Part shown: positions 28,268 through 37,530 of the stretch, one piece after another | How positions within the stretch are numbered: the stretch's first letter is position 1 | Layout of the letters: every line of letters starts with the position of its first letter | Assembly: GCA_963678065.2 (NCBI GenBank) | Contig: CAXXVZ010000002.1 | Span: forward strand, 416,001-480,000 | Length of the DNA: 64,000 bases | Source of the DNA: Treponemataceae bacterium | GTDB lineage: Bacteria; Spirochaetota; Spirochaetia; Treponematales; Rectinemataceae | Reading direction: 5' to 3' | Translations under genes and position numbers: made by a program | Notes under the pieces: model-generated | The model's database searches: none | What the model was told of the DNA's origin: nothing | What the model saw: only the letters and a program-made list of their open reading frames with translations

Positions 28268-29563
28268 TTATTGAAGCGATGTCTGGATGCGTTTGAGCGT
28301 CTCGACAGCCTCGCCGATCGCCTGGTCCGCGGTCCACTTGTCGCTCAGGACGCGAACCATCATCTTCGCCAGGACCAGCTGCTTGAACTCTTCCAGCGCC
28401 AGGGCCGTGACCGGCCCCGGGTAGCCGGGGTAGTAGACGTAGGGTGCCGAATCGGCGAGCGGCTTGAGCGAGCGATCCTGCCAGATCGGGAGCTTGGTGA
28501 GGTCGATGTACACCGGCACGCGGAATCCGCTCATCGCGGTGAGGAGCTCCTCCTGATTGTCCTTCCCGCTGAGATTCCGGACAAGGTCCTTGGCCAGGTC
28601 GGGGTACTTGGTGGTGCCGGGAATGAAAAGGACCCACACATCGCCCTGGATGAAACGGCCTGCCGGGCCCGCCGGGAAAAGCTTGAATACGGAGTTGCCG
28701 AACAGCGTGGGGTCGTTGGCCTTGAGCCAGACCGCGACACTGCCGGTGTTCTCGATGAATCCGACCTTCCCGGTCTGGTATGCATTGTTGTTCCCCGCGT
28801 CGTCCCAGGTGATCACATCCTTCGGGAACACGCCGTCCACGTACGCGTCCTTGATGAGCTTGATCGCCGCACGGGTCTGCGGGGAATCCAGGACTATGCT
28901 CTTGCCGTCTTTACTGAAAACCGCTCCGCCGTAGGACAGGATCATGGCCTGGTTGTGGCGTTCCGCGTCGTAGGCCGTGGCCGAAACCTGGTGCCCCAAG
29001 CCCCAGACAGTGGGCGGATTGTTGATGGCCCTGGCCGCCTTGATCAGGTCATCCCAGGTGTCCGGAACGGCGATGCCCTTGGCGTCCAGGAGGTCCTTGC
29101 GGACGTAGGACATCTCGGAGCTGCCGAGGAAGGGGACGGCCGTGAACTTCCCCTCGGGGGTCGTGACCGCGGCGATCGCCCCTTTGGCGAAGCCGCCCAT
29201 GTTGCCGTTGAGTTCCTTGGCGAGGTCGGTCACATCCTGCACGAGGTTGGCGCGCAGGAGCTTCGGCAGCCATGAGATGTTGATGAGCATGACATCCGGC
29301 AGGGTCTTGCTCTCGATCGCCGCATCGATGCGGGGATACATGATCTTGTCCGAGTTCTGCGAATACTCGAGATCCACTCCCTTGGACTGGGCCCATTCGA
29401 GGGCATAGGACTTGAGCAGTCCTTCCGTGGCCTTGACCAGGAAGGGGTGGTCGACCCACATGCGCATCTTGGGTCGAGTCGTCTGCGCGGTGACAGAGAG
29501 CGCCGTCACGAGGACGAGCAGACTCAGCAGACACATTTTCTTGACACTCGTAATCCTCATCAT
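28268..29563 (-). CDS. Carbohydrate ABC substrate-binding protein
   Basis: Signal peptide; 'LPDV', 'RKDLL', 'WDDAGNNNAY'. Confidence 0.9.
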   Translation of the reverse strand: MMRITSVKKMCLLSLLVLVTALSVTAQTTRPKMRMWVDHPFLVKATEGLLKSYALEWAQSKGVDLEYSQNSDKIMYPRIDAAIESKTLPDVMLINISWLPKLLRANLVQDVTDLAKELNGNMGGFAKGAIAAVTTPEGKFTAVPFLGSSEMSYVRKDLLDAKGIAVPDTWDDLIKAARAINNPPTVWGLGHQVSATAYDAERHNQAMILSYGGAVFSKDGKSIVLDSPQTRAAIKLIKDAYVDGVFPKDVITWDDAGNNNAYQTGKVGFIENTGSVAVWLKANDPTLFGNSVFKLFPAGPAGRFIQGDVWVLFIPGTTKYPDLAKDLVRNLSGKDNQEELLTAMSGFRVPVYIDLTKLPIWQDRSLKPLADSAPYVYYPGYPGPVTALALEEFKQLVLAKMMVRVLSDKWTADQAIGEAVETLKRIQTSLQ

Positions 29564-29623
29564 CCTCAACCTCCTCTAAAGATCAATCGAAAACCGGGCC
29601 ACCCGGGCCGCGGTGAGACATCC

Positions 29624-30733
29624 TCAGTAAGTTCCGATTTCCAGACCCCGCTCGACGAAATGACGGTAGGTTGCGTACTCGACCTTATGGCTCACGCTGT
29701 GGTCGCTCTGCAGCACATACCCGCTGCCCGCCATGGCCGCCGGAAGCTTTTTCTCCAGCTCGGCATCGACCAGCGCGAGGTCGTTCGTTTCCAGGACCCT
29801 TTCGTCCATCCCTCCGATCAGGGCTATCTTTTCGCCGAAATTGCGCTTGATCCTCACGAGGTCCATGCCCGCTTTGACCTCGATGGGTTGGAGGCAATTG
29901 ATACCTGCCTCGATGAGATGCGGGATGAGCGCCTCGACGAAGCCGTCGCAGTGCAGGACGACAGGCAGGCCGCGGCTGTGGGCGAAATCGAAAAGTCGCT
30001 TGTGGGCGGGAAAGATAATCTCTCTATACATGTGCGGGGACATGAACGGAGTGCCCTTGTAGCCGAGATCATCCCAGACCCAGAGCCCATCCGGCAGGCC
30101 TTCTCTTTCGAATAGTATTTCCAGCAACTTGATCGTCACTTCGGCGAAAGTCAAAGCCATCTCGCTCACCCACTCGCCATCGAGGGCCATACCGGCGAGC
30201 AAGTGTTCGTGGCCGCACATCGGGGACATGAGATCGAAGGCTGCGATCGTACCGCAGTTGAAGAACAGGGAATCGCGCGCGCACTTCGCGCGCAGGTTCC
30301 GGTAGTGCTCGAAATCGATGCGCCGTTCGTAGCTCCGCTCGTCCCGCAGATGGGGCAGGATGAGCTCTTCCCAACTCTGACGATCCCTGACGGTGAAATC
30401 CACGTGCTCGGGAGCGCCCGAACCGTTTTTCAGCCAGCGCAGGTAGGCGCCATTCCCGTCCCGTATCAGCTTGACCGAATCATTCTCCTCGACGACGGTC
30501 TCGCCGGCATCGAGGTCGGCCATGAGATTCACCGCCTTCCACGACATCGGCGTGACTTCCCCGCCCGTCCGCCGGATGTCGAGCCCGAAATGGTCGCTCG
30601 CCGCATCCGGCCTTTCCAGATATCCCTGCTCTGTCCAAGCCTGAGCGGTTTCTCCCCAAAAGACCTCGAACAGGCCTATCCTGTCGACCGGTTCGTGCCT
30701 GAGTATCCGGGAGAATCTCTCCTTTCCGTCCAT
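29624..30733 (-). CDS. UroD/MtaA-CmuA family protein
   Basis: 'WDDLGYK', 'HCDG', 'SDHSV'. Confidence 0.85.
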   Translation of the reverse strand: MDGKERFSRILRHEPVDRIGLFEVFWGETAQAWTEQGYLERPDAASDHFGLDIRRTGGEVTPMSWKAVNLMADLDAGETVVEENDSVKLIRDGNGAYLRWLKNGSGAPEHVDFTVRDRQSWEELILPHLRDERSYERRIDFEHYRNLRAKCARDSLFFNCGTIAAFDLMSPMCGHEHLLAGMALDGEWVSEMALTFAEVTIKLLEILFEREGLPDGLWVWDDLGYKGTPFMSPHMYREIIFPAHKRLFDFAHSRGLPVVLHCDGFVEALIPHLIEAGINCLQPIEVKAGMDLVRIKRNFGEKIALIGGMDERVLETNDLALVDAELEKKLPAAMAGSGYVLQSDHSVSHKVEYATYRHFVERGLEIGTY

Positions 30734-30793
30734 TTTCGACTCCTTGTCTTTTTCATGCGTTCCGGACTCACCATCCCGGCAGTCCCGTCCGCA

Positions 30794-31567
30794 TTACGAA
30801 CCTTTTTCCTTGGCGCCCCGAACCGCGGGTGTTTTTTCCGCCGGATTTGCCTGGCGTTCCGTGTCGTCGGTCTGTTGGGCTATGAGGGTGAGATTGGACT
30901 CCGATACCTCGATGTGGCGCGTCATCGCAGCGCGCGCGAGCTCCGGGTTTTTCTCCCTGAGCGCCTCGATAATGCGCATATGGCCATTCTTCGCCTCCTC
31001 GAGCGCACGGGCGGAATAGGCGTAGTCGAAGAGGTTGATCATGATGCTCTTGAGCGGCTGCAGGAGGGAACTGAAGAGCGGATTCCTGGTTACGCTCGCG
31101 ATGGTCTGGTGGAATTTGAAATCGAGCAGTGTCATCTTCTCCCGGACATGGAGGTTCGCCCTCATCTCACAGGCGATGTCCTCCAGGTTTTCGATGTCCT
31201 CTTTGGTCGCGCGAAGGGCCGCCAGCTCGCAGGCCTTGACCTCGAGAACGGATCGTATCTCGAAGTAATCCCTGATCGTCAAATCGTTCAGGACCATAAA
31301 GCGGTTCATCATGTCGCTGAGATCGGTCGGCTTGGGTTTGGTGATGTAGCTGCCGTCTCCGTTCTTCACCTCAAGCAGGCCGCGGGCTTTGACGTTGCGC
31401 AGGGCTTCCCGCATGATATTCCGGCTGACGCCGAACTGATCGGCCAGACTCTGTTCGGAAGGTAGTTTTTCCCCCACCTTGAGCCTGCCGCACAGGATGG
31501 CCTCTTCCAGCGAGGCTGCGACCATTTCGTGTTTGTTGTTGGTTTGAATCTTGGCAAAACTCGCCAT
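30794..31567 (-). CDS. FadR/GntR family regulator
   Basis: 'LPSEQSLADQFGVSR..REAL'; FCD domain 'DFKFH'. Confidence 0.92.
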   Translation of the reverse strand: MASFAKIQTNNKHEMVAASLEEAILCGRLKVGEKLPSEQSLADQFGVSRNIMREALRNVKARGLLEVKNGDGSYITKPKPTDLSDMMNRFMVLNDLTIRDYFEIRSVLEVKACELAALRATKEDIENLEDIACEMRANLHVREKMTLLDFKFHQTIASVTRNPLFSSLLQPLKSIMINLFDYAYSARALEEAKNGHMRIIEALREKNPELARAAMTRHIEVSESNLTLIAQQTDDTERQANPAEKTPAVRGAKEKGS

Positions 31568-31587
31568 CCGATTCCCTCTCTTTGAAA

Positions 31588-31639
31588 CCTATAGACCTGT
31601 AGGATAGGTCAAGCTACACCCGTTTTGCGTATCTGGCAA
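31588..31639 (-). promoter_or_regulatory. Promoter and FadR-type operator of the fadR-like gene
   Basis: TTGCCA-17-TAGCTT on the minus strand, followed by the inverted repeat GACCT-n7-AGGTC (31594-31610). Confidence 0.55.
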
Positions 31640-31730
31640 GAAGATTTTTTGGCTTTTCGGACTTTTCAGGATCGCAGCTGGATTTTTTATCGTGCGTAGA
31701 GAATACGTAAGCCGCCGGGATTGACGAGCC

Positions 31731-32396
31731 TCACGACACCTTGCCCGCCCGGGCTTCGCGAATGATGCCGATCATCTTACGCGCGTTTTCAGTGATGGCC
31801 GTGTAGTCCCTGGCCGCGATGAGTTCCTTGCCGACAATGATCCTGCCGACACCGACGGCGATGGCTCCAGCCTGAATGTAGGCGGCAGCCGTCTGGAAAT
31901 CGACGCCGTTCGTGGGCAGGATTTCCACCTGGGGGAGGGGTTCTTTGACCGCCTTGATGAAGTCGGGACCGCCGACGTTCTTCGCGGGGAAGAGCTTGAC
32001 CGCGTCGACGCCCGCCTTCCAGGCGCCGAGGATTTCCGTCGGCGTCATGGCCCCTGCCACGACCGCCTTTCCGTACTGGTGGCAGATATCCACCATACCC
32101 TGGTCGAAGTTGGGTCCGACGAGGAACTCGGCCCCGGCGAGGATGGCCGCCCGCGCGGTCTGCGCGTCCAGCACGGTGCCGGCGCCGATATAGAAGTCGC
32201 TCCCCTTCATGCCTTCCGACGTCTCGCGTATGCAATCGAGCGCGTCGGGCATCGTCATCGTGATCTCGAGCAGGCGGATGCCGCCCTCCCGCAGTGCCCT
32301 CGCGACGGGCACGAGATCGACCTGGCTGTCGACCCGAAGCACGACAACTACCCCCGTTTCCTTCAACGCCGAAACAACCTCGATCTTGCTGGGCAC
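31731..32396 (-). CDS. eda: KDPG/KHG aldolase, second paralog
   Basis: GTG start with GGAGGG RBS; 'GAGTVLD', 'VKLFPA'; same length as the first copy (666 bp). Confidence 0.88.
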   Translation of the reverse strand: MPSKIEVVSALKETGVVVVLRVDSQVDLVPVARALREGGIRLLEITMTMPDALDCIRETSEGMKGSDFYIGAGTVLDAQTARAAILAGAEFLVGPNFDQGMVDICHQYGKAVVAGAMTPTEILGAWKAGVDAVKLFPAKNVGGPDFIKAVKEPLPQVEILPTNGVDFQTAAAYIQAGAIAVGVGRIIVGKELIAARDYTAITENARKMIGIIREARAGKVS

Positions 32397-32418
32397 GGTA
32401 TTCCCTCCGGATGACCGA

Positions 32419-32479
32419 ATCATAAACCCGGAATGATCCCTTGGCCAGAAAAGCCCACGCTCACTCGATAGAAATGTCA
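32419..32479 (-). promoter_or_regulatory. 18-bp directional site 4 plus promoter
   Basis: Minus strand TGACATTTCTATCGAGTG (32479-32462), then TGGCCA (32447)-17-TATGAT. Confidence 0.7.
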
Positions 32480-32514
32480 GGGCGAAGAGAATCCCCGCGC
32501 CGGTCATTTCTGCT

Positions 32515-32577
32515 GGTCATTTCTAATGAGTGTTATCACCTGCGCCGCTTTATCATGAAGGCACCATGTTGTATCGT
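32515..32577 (+). promoter_or_regulatory. 18-bp directional site 5 plus weak promoter
   Basis: GGTCATTTCTAATGAGTG (32515-32532), with a partial tandem copy GGTCATTTCT at 32502. Candidate promoter TTTATC (32549)-17-TATCGT is ambiguous. Confidence 0.55.
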
Positions 32578-32613
32578 CCAAGCCATGCAGATGAAAAGAG
32601 CTGGAGGATCCGA

Positions 32614-33408
32614 ATGAAAGTCGACTTGTCGGGGCGCGTAGCCATCATCACGGGCGCCTCCGGGGGGATCGGGAAGGCTATCGCCCGTTGTCTCCTGGAG
32701 AACGGGGCCATCGTCGTCAACGCCGATCTCGACAGGGAAGGCGGCCAAAAGGCGCTCGAGGAACTTTCCGGGATCGGCCCCTTCGAGTACCGCGACACGG
32801 ACGTAGCATCGATGGCGAGTGTCCAGGCCCTCGTCGACGGTGTCATAAAGGACCATGGCAGGATCGACATACTCGTGAACAACGCGGGCGTCAATATTGC
32901 CGGGCACAAGCGTGCCGACATCGACGGGTTTCCGGACGACGAGTGGGAACGCATCCTCTCGGTGGACCTGGACGGCGTGTACAACTGTTCGAAGCTCGTG
33001 GCACGGGAAATGATCGCGAAGTCATCGGGAAGGATCGTCAACATCGGCTCGGTCTTCGGCCTCGTTCCCGCGCGGAAGCAGATCGCATTCACGGCGGCCA
33101 AGGCCGCCGTGCACAACATGTCCCGCTCCATGGCGCTCGAACTCGCGCCGCACGGGATCCTCGTGAACGCCGTCGCTCCGGGATCGATCCAGCTTGAAGG
33201 CACGAAGAGCCTGTTCTACGTCAAGGGAGCCGACTTCGACGACATGACGAGCCGCATGCTTTCTCACATTCCCCTCGGTCGTCCCGGCGTGCCCGAGGAG
33301 ATCGCGGGGATCGTCGCCTTCCTCTGCGCAAAGGAGAGTTCCTACATCACAGGTCAGGTCATCGCCGTGGACGGAGGATGGACCTGTGGATATACGAGGG
33401 ATTTCTAG
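32614..33408 (+). CDS. SDR family oxidoreductase
   Basis: 'TGASGGIG', 'NNAG'; the YxxxK position reads FTAAK. Confidence 0.9.
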   Translation: MKVDLSGRVAIITGASGGIGKAIARCLLENGAIVVNADLDREGGQKALEELSGIGPFEYRDTDVASMASVQALVDGVIKDHGRIDILVNNAGVNIAGHKRADIDGFPDDEWERILSVDLDGVYNCSKLVAREMIAKSSGRIVNIGSVFGLVPARKQIAFTAAKAAVHNMSRSMALELAPHGILVNAVAPGSIQLEGTKSLFYVKGADFDDMTSRMLSHIPLGRPGVPEEIAGIVAFLCAKESSYITGQVIAVDGGWTCGYTRDF

Positions 33409-33504
33409 TCAGCATTGACAGGAGCGGTTGAGTACGGTATTTATTAGCGTTGCCCGCCGTATGCGCCCCCAGCGTGCGCCAACAGTCCGAGAGGTACGCC
33501 CATC

Positions 33505-34176
33505 ATGCTTGCACCGGTCGACAAGAGTTCACTTTCCGTCGAAGTCGCCAACAATATCCGCTTGGGCATACTTAGTGGAAGAATCCAGCCGGGACAAAAA
33601 CTCCTCGAGCAGGAACTTTCCGAACAGCTGAACACGAGCAGGGGACCGATCAGGGATGCATTCATACGCCTCGAGCAGGAAGGTCTGGTCCTCCGGGAGC
33701 CCAACCGGAGCGTCAAGGTCGTCATCATGACCGAGGAGGACATCGAGGAGATCCACAGTCTCAGGCTCTCGATGGAGCAGTTGGCCCTGCGCTACATCTG
33801 CAGCGGCCGCTCAAAACCGGACGTTTCGCGCTTGCGGACCATCGTCGATAAACTTCGCACCAGCATCACCGAAGGCGCCGTTCTGGAACAAGCCGTCGAA
33901 ATGGACCTCGAATTCCACGAGGAAATTGTGCGGGCTTCGGGCCACAGACGGCTCCACAAGCTCTGGCTGAGCCTCAAGCCTCAGATCGGTTTTCTCATCT
34001 ATACGAAGAACATCCATAATGTCTACAACTTTGCCGGCGGTTCAGACCAACACGAAGAGCTTATCGAAGCGATCGAAAAAATGGAAATCGCGAAATGCGA
34101 GAAAATAATCCGCGAGCATCTTAACAGCGTCCTCAATACTTTGCTCGAAAGCTATCGTGCGAAACCCGGCGCCTGA
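33505..34176 (+). CDS. GntR (FCD) family regulator
   Basis: 'LNTSRGPIRDAF', 'DLEFH'; TTGACA at 33415 upstream. Confidence 0.9.
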   Translation: MLAPVDKSSLSVEVANNIRLGILSGRIQPGQKLLEQELSEQLNTSRGPIRDAFIRLEQEGLVLREPNRSVKVVIMTEEDIEEIHSLRLSMEQLALRYICSGRSKPDVSRLRTIVDKLRTSITEGAVLEQAVEMDLEFHEEIVRASGHRRLHKLWLSLKPQIGFLIYTKNIHNVYNFAGGSDQHEELIEAIEKMEIAKCEKIIREHLNSVLNTLLESYRAKPGA

Positions 34177-34260
34177 CCGGGTGTAAGGCGCTCTGCCTCG
34201 TTCTCTGCCTCGTCTCCTTCCTGAACGACAGCGTCGGGCATTCCGCTGTGGGTCCGGGCG

Positions 34261-34323
34261 GGACATTTCTAAGGAGCAGGGCGAGCCTGCACCTTGTGGT
34301 TCCCGGACCTGCAAACCTATCAT
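34261..34323 (+). promoter_or_regulatory. 18-bp directional site 6 plus promoter (likely leaderless mRNA)
   Basis: GGACATTTCTAAGGAGCA (34261-34278), then TTGTGG (34294)-18-TATCAT; ATG 7 nt later. Confidence 0.65.
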
Positions 34324-34329
34324 TCGGCC

Positions 34330-35334
34330 ATGAAGAGCCATATCAGCGCGGTGCTCGATCGGGAAACCCTCCTCTTGCTGTACCGGAAGATGGTCGAGAT
34401 ACGCAAATGCGAAGAGCGCCTTATCAAGTCCTTCCAGGCAGGGCTCATTTACGGCGGCTGCCACACCTACATCGGAGAGGAGCCGATCGCGACAGGCCTG
34501 AGCGCCCACCTCAGGAAAGACGACTATGTATTCGGAACGCATCGAGGTCATGGGCACGCGATCGCCAAGGGGCTGGAACCTTTCGAACTGTTCGCGGAGC
34601 TCTACGGTCGCTCAGGCGGCGCTTCCGGCGGCCGCGGAGGCAGCATGCACCTGTTCAAGCCCGAAATAGGACTCATGGGCACGAACGGCATCGTGGGACC
34701 AAGTATCCTTCTCGCGACGGGCGCCGCCTATGCCTTCAAGCTCAACAGGACCGATCGCGTCGCCGTGGCCTATTTCGGCGACGGGGCTGTCAACAACGGG
34801 GCATTCCACGAAGGCTGCAACATGGCTGCCAATTGGGAGCTTCCCGTCATACTCGTGTGCGAGAACAATCTCTACGCGACTGAGGTTCCCTTCTCCTCGG
34901 TGACGAAGCAGACCAGCGTCGTCAAGCGGGCCGCGGGCTATGGGCTCAGGTGCGCCGTCGCCGATGGCACCGACATGCTCGAAGTCTACGCCAGAGCCGG
35001 TGATGCGATCGCGCTCGCCCGCGCGGGCAAGGGCCCGACCCTCCTCGAGTTCAAGACCTATCGGCATCGTTCGCACGCCGAGGGCATGCCCGAGTCCGGC
35101 TATCGGTCCAGGGAAGAGGTCGAGCACTGGAAAAAACGCGATCCGATCAAGCGGTTCTCGGAGTACATCACGGCGGGTTCGATCGCGAGTGCCGATGAAT
35201 TGGCCGCCATTGACCGGGAGATCGCGAAGAAGATCGATGTTTCCAATGCGGAGGCCTTGAAGAGCCCTTCCCCCGATCCATCGACCGAGTTCGACCATGT
35301 CCTCGCGGACCCATCAGGAGGAGCCCGTGCGTGA
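34330..35334 (+). CDS. TPP-dependent dehydrogenase E1 alpha (acetoin/pyruvate DH-like)
   Basis: 'HRGHGH', 'GGSMH', TPP motif 'GDGA...ENN'. Confidence 0.9.
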   Translation: MKSHISAVLDRETLLLLYRKMVEIRKCEERLIKSFQAGLIYGGCHTYIGEEPIATGLSAHLRKDDYVFGTHRGHGHAIAKGLEPFELFAELYGRSGGASGGRGGSMHLFKPEIGLMGTNGIVGPSILLATGAAYAFKLNRTDRVAVAYFGDGAVNNGAFHEGCNMAANWELPVILVCENNLYATEVPFSSVTKQTSVVKRAAGYGLRCAVADGTDMLEVYARAGDAIALARAGKGPTLLEFKTYRHRSHAEGMPESGYRSREEVEHWKKRDPIKRFSEYITAGSIASADELAAIDREIAKKIDVSNAEALKSPSPDPSTEFDHVLADPSGGARA

Positions 35335-36304
35335 GCTCAGCTATATCGAGGCGGCGCGCGAGGCCCTCACCGAGGAGATGGCCCGCGATTCCACGATCTT
35401 CGTCGTCGGCGAGGGCATAGGTCGCCGTGGCGGAAATTTTAGCACGACGGTCGGCTTGTTCGATCGCTATGGCCCCGAGCGCCTGTGCGACACTCCCATC
35501 AGCGAGCGCGGATTCACGACCATGTGCATCGGCGCGGCGGCGGCCGGCGCACGGCCTGTGGTTGACTGCATGTTCGTCGACTTCGCCCTCGACGCGATCA
35601 GCGATCTCGTGAACCAGGCATCAAAGATGCGGTGGATGAGCGGCGGCCGTGTCAGCGTACCGATCGTCGTCAGAGCATGTATGGGCATCTTCTCCTCGGG
35701 AGCGGCGCACCATTCAGGAAACTATTACTCGTTCTTTGCCCACATCCCGGGTTTTCATGTCGTTCTACCCGCCACGCCCGCCGATGCGAAGGGTCTTCTC
35801 AAGACATCCCTTCGCTCGAAGGACCCCGTTATTTTTCTCGAGCACCGTGCCCTGCTCGGATTGAAGGGACCGGTGCCCGAGGGAGAATATGCCATTCCCT
35901 TCGGCCAGGCGGCTGTCGTTCGCGAGGGACGGGATATGACGATTGTGGCCATCTCGGCGATGGTGCCGCGCAGCATCGAGGCCGCGCAGGTTCTCGAAAA
36001 AGAAGGCATCTCGGTAGAGATCATCGATCCACGGACCGTGGCTCCCCTCGACATAGAAACTATTCGCCGGTCGGTCTCGAAAACAGGCAGGCTGCTCATC
36101 GTCGAGGAGGACTACGCGCCCTGCAGCGTGGCCGCGGAAATCGCCGCGCGCATCTGCGACGAGTCCTTCGATGATCTCGATGCGCCGATCCGCAGGCTTC
36201 ATGCCGGTTTCGCGCCGGCGCCCTATAGTCCCTCGCTCGAGAAAGCCGTAATCATCAGCGCCGATTCCATCGTCCGCAGCGTCCGCGAGCTGCGGGCGGA
36301 ATGA
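35327..36304 (+). CDS. TPP-dependent dehydrogenase E1 beta
   Basis: 'DTPISE', 'DAKGLL', 'IDPRTVAPLD'. Confidence 0.9.
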   Translation: MRELSYIEAAREALTEEMARDSTIFVVGEGIGRRGGNFSTTVGLFDRYGPERLCDTPISERGFTTMCIGAAAAGARPVVDCMFVDFALDAISDLVNQASKMRWMSGGRVSVPIVVRACMGIFSSGAAHHSGNYYSFFAHIPGFHVVLPATPADAKGLLKTSLRSKDPVIFLEHRALLGLKGPVPEGEYAIPFGQAAVVREGRDMTIVAISAMVPRSIEAAQVLEKEGISVEIIDPRTVAPLDIETIRRSVSKTGRLLIVEEDYAPCSVAAEIAARICDESFDDLDAPIRRLHAGFAPAPYSPSLEKAVIISADSIVRSVRELRAE

Positions 36305-36313
36305 GGTCATCCC

Positions 36314-37429
36314 ATGGCTAGCGACGTCATCATTCCCCGCATCGGGTGGTCGATGGAGAAGGGCGTATTCGTCGAATGGCTCAGGAAGGAGGGAGACGCA
36401 ATCGCTGTTGGCGATGCGCTGTTCCTCATCGAAGCCGACAAGGCAAACGCGGAAGTCGTCTCGGAGGAGGCGGGCGTCCTGCACATCTTTCCGGGACGGG
36501 CGAAGCAGGGTGACGAACTGATGGTCGGCACCGTGATCGGCTGCCTCCTCGATGCGGGTGAGGCCCTGCCCGGAGACGTTGCGCCAGCAGGCGCGGCGCC
36601 CGCGGAGGTTCCTGCAGGAGCTGCACTGCCCGCCAGCCCGGCTGCGATGCCCCCCGGGCCTCCCGGACAAGCGCCAGAGCATGGATCCAGGATCGTTTCC
36701 TCCCCGCGCGCCCGCCGGGTATCCAGGGAATTGGGTGTAGATTTGATCGGGCTTGCAGGCTCAGGCAAGGGCGGCCGGATAATCGAGCGCGATGTCCGGA
36801 GAGCGGTGACCGCGCCGGAACGGAGGCAGGCATCGGAGTATCTGGCGGACCGGACTTCGATCCTGTCCACCATCCGCCTGACCGTGGACGCGACCGAACT
36901 CGTGTCGCTTCTCGAACGGCTTTGCAGCTCGGGGGCCGACGCCCGTCTCGCACCGGGCCGCTATCGGGGGCTTCTCGTCAAGTTCGCCGTTTCGGCCTAT
37001 CAACATGCCTTTGACGCAGCGAATGCCGGAGCGGGCGCCGACATCGCCTACGGTTCCTTAGTGGATGAGAGGATCTCCTGGGACTCCCTCCGCGGTGCGC
37101 GGCGAAAAGGTCTGGATGAACTTGCCCTCGAACTCGATTCGGGCGAAGGCAAAGCAGGCAGTCTTTCGGGTCTGGAATCTTTCGCCTTCATCGATCTTGG
37201 CGCCTTCGGCGTCGACGAGTACATTCCCGGCGTCGAGATCCCCTCCAGTCTACTCCTCTGTTTCGGCCGACTCATCGAGGGAAAGGTGCAGGAGAAAGTC
37301 CAGTCCCGCACCCAAACCCTGAAAATCGGCCTCTCCTTCAAGGAGAATCTCGTCAGCTTTGCGCAGGCGTCCCGATTCCTGGGAAACCTCGGATCCGCAC
37401 TCCTCGACCCTGTTCTCTGGCTCCTCTGA
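36314..37429 (+). CDS. E2-like protein: lipoyl and E1/E3-binding domains with a degenerate acyltransferase domain
   Basis: Lipoyl motif 'EADKA'; PSBD 'SPRARR...GSGKGGRI...DV'; the catalytic DHRxxDG position reads 'FKENLVSF'. Confidence 0.75.
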   Translation: MASDVIIPRIGWSMEKGVFVEWLRKEGDAIAVGDALFLIEADKANAEVVSEEAGVLHIFPGRAKQGDELMVGTVIGCLLDAGEALPGDVAPAGAAPAEVPAGAALPASPAAMPPGPPGQAPEHGSRIVSSPRARRVSRELGVDLIGLAGSGKGGRIIERDVRRAVTAPERRQASEYLADRTSILSTIRLTVDATELVSLLERLCSSGADARLAPGRYRGLLVKFAVSAYQHAFDAANAGAGADIAYGSLVDERISWDSLRGARRKGLDELALELDSGEGKAGSLSGLESFAFIDLGAFGVDEYIPGVEIPSSLLLCFGRLIEGKVQEKVQSRTQTLKIGLSFKENLVSFAQASRFLGNLGSALLDPVLWLL

Positions 37430-37530
37430 ATCCATGCGCGCGATGACCGCGCACGAATGATTCAGGGCATGTTCGCGCACAGAGAGGCCGATCGCGTCGT
37501 CATGTGGGACTTCCCGCGGCCACCGATGGT

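Noticed and set aside
33397..33414. Possible ninth site AGGGATTTCTAGTCAGCA upstream of gntR
   Set aside because: Only about 12/18 match, it overlaps the SDR stop codon, and it abuts the -35 instead of lying ~33 bp upstream.
34191..34213. Tandem CTCTGCCTCGT repeat
   Set aside because: Only two short copies, with no further structure.
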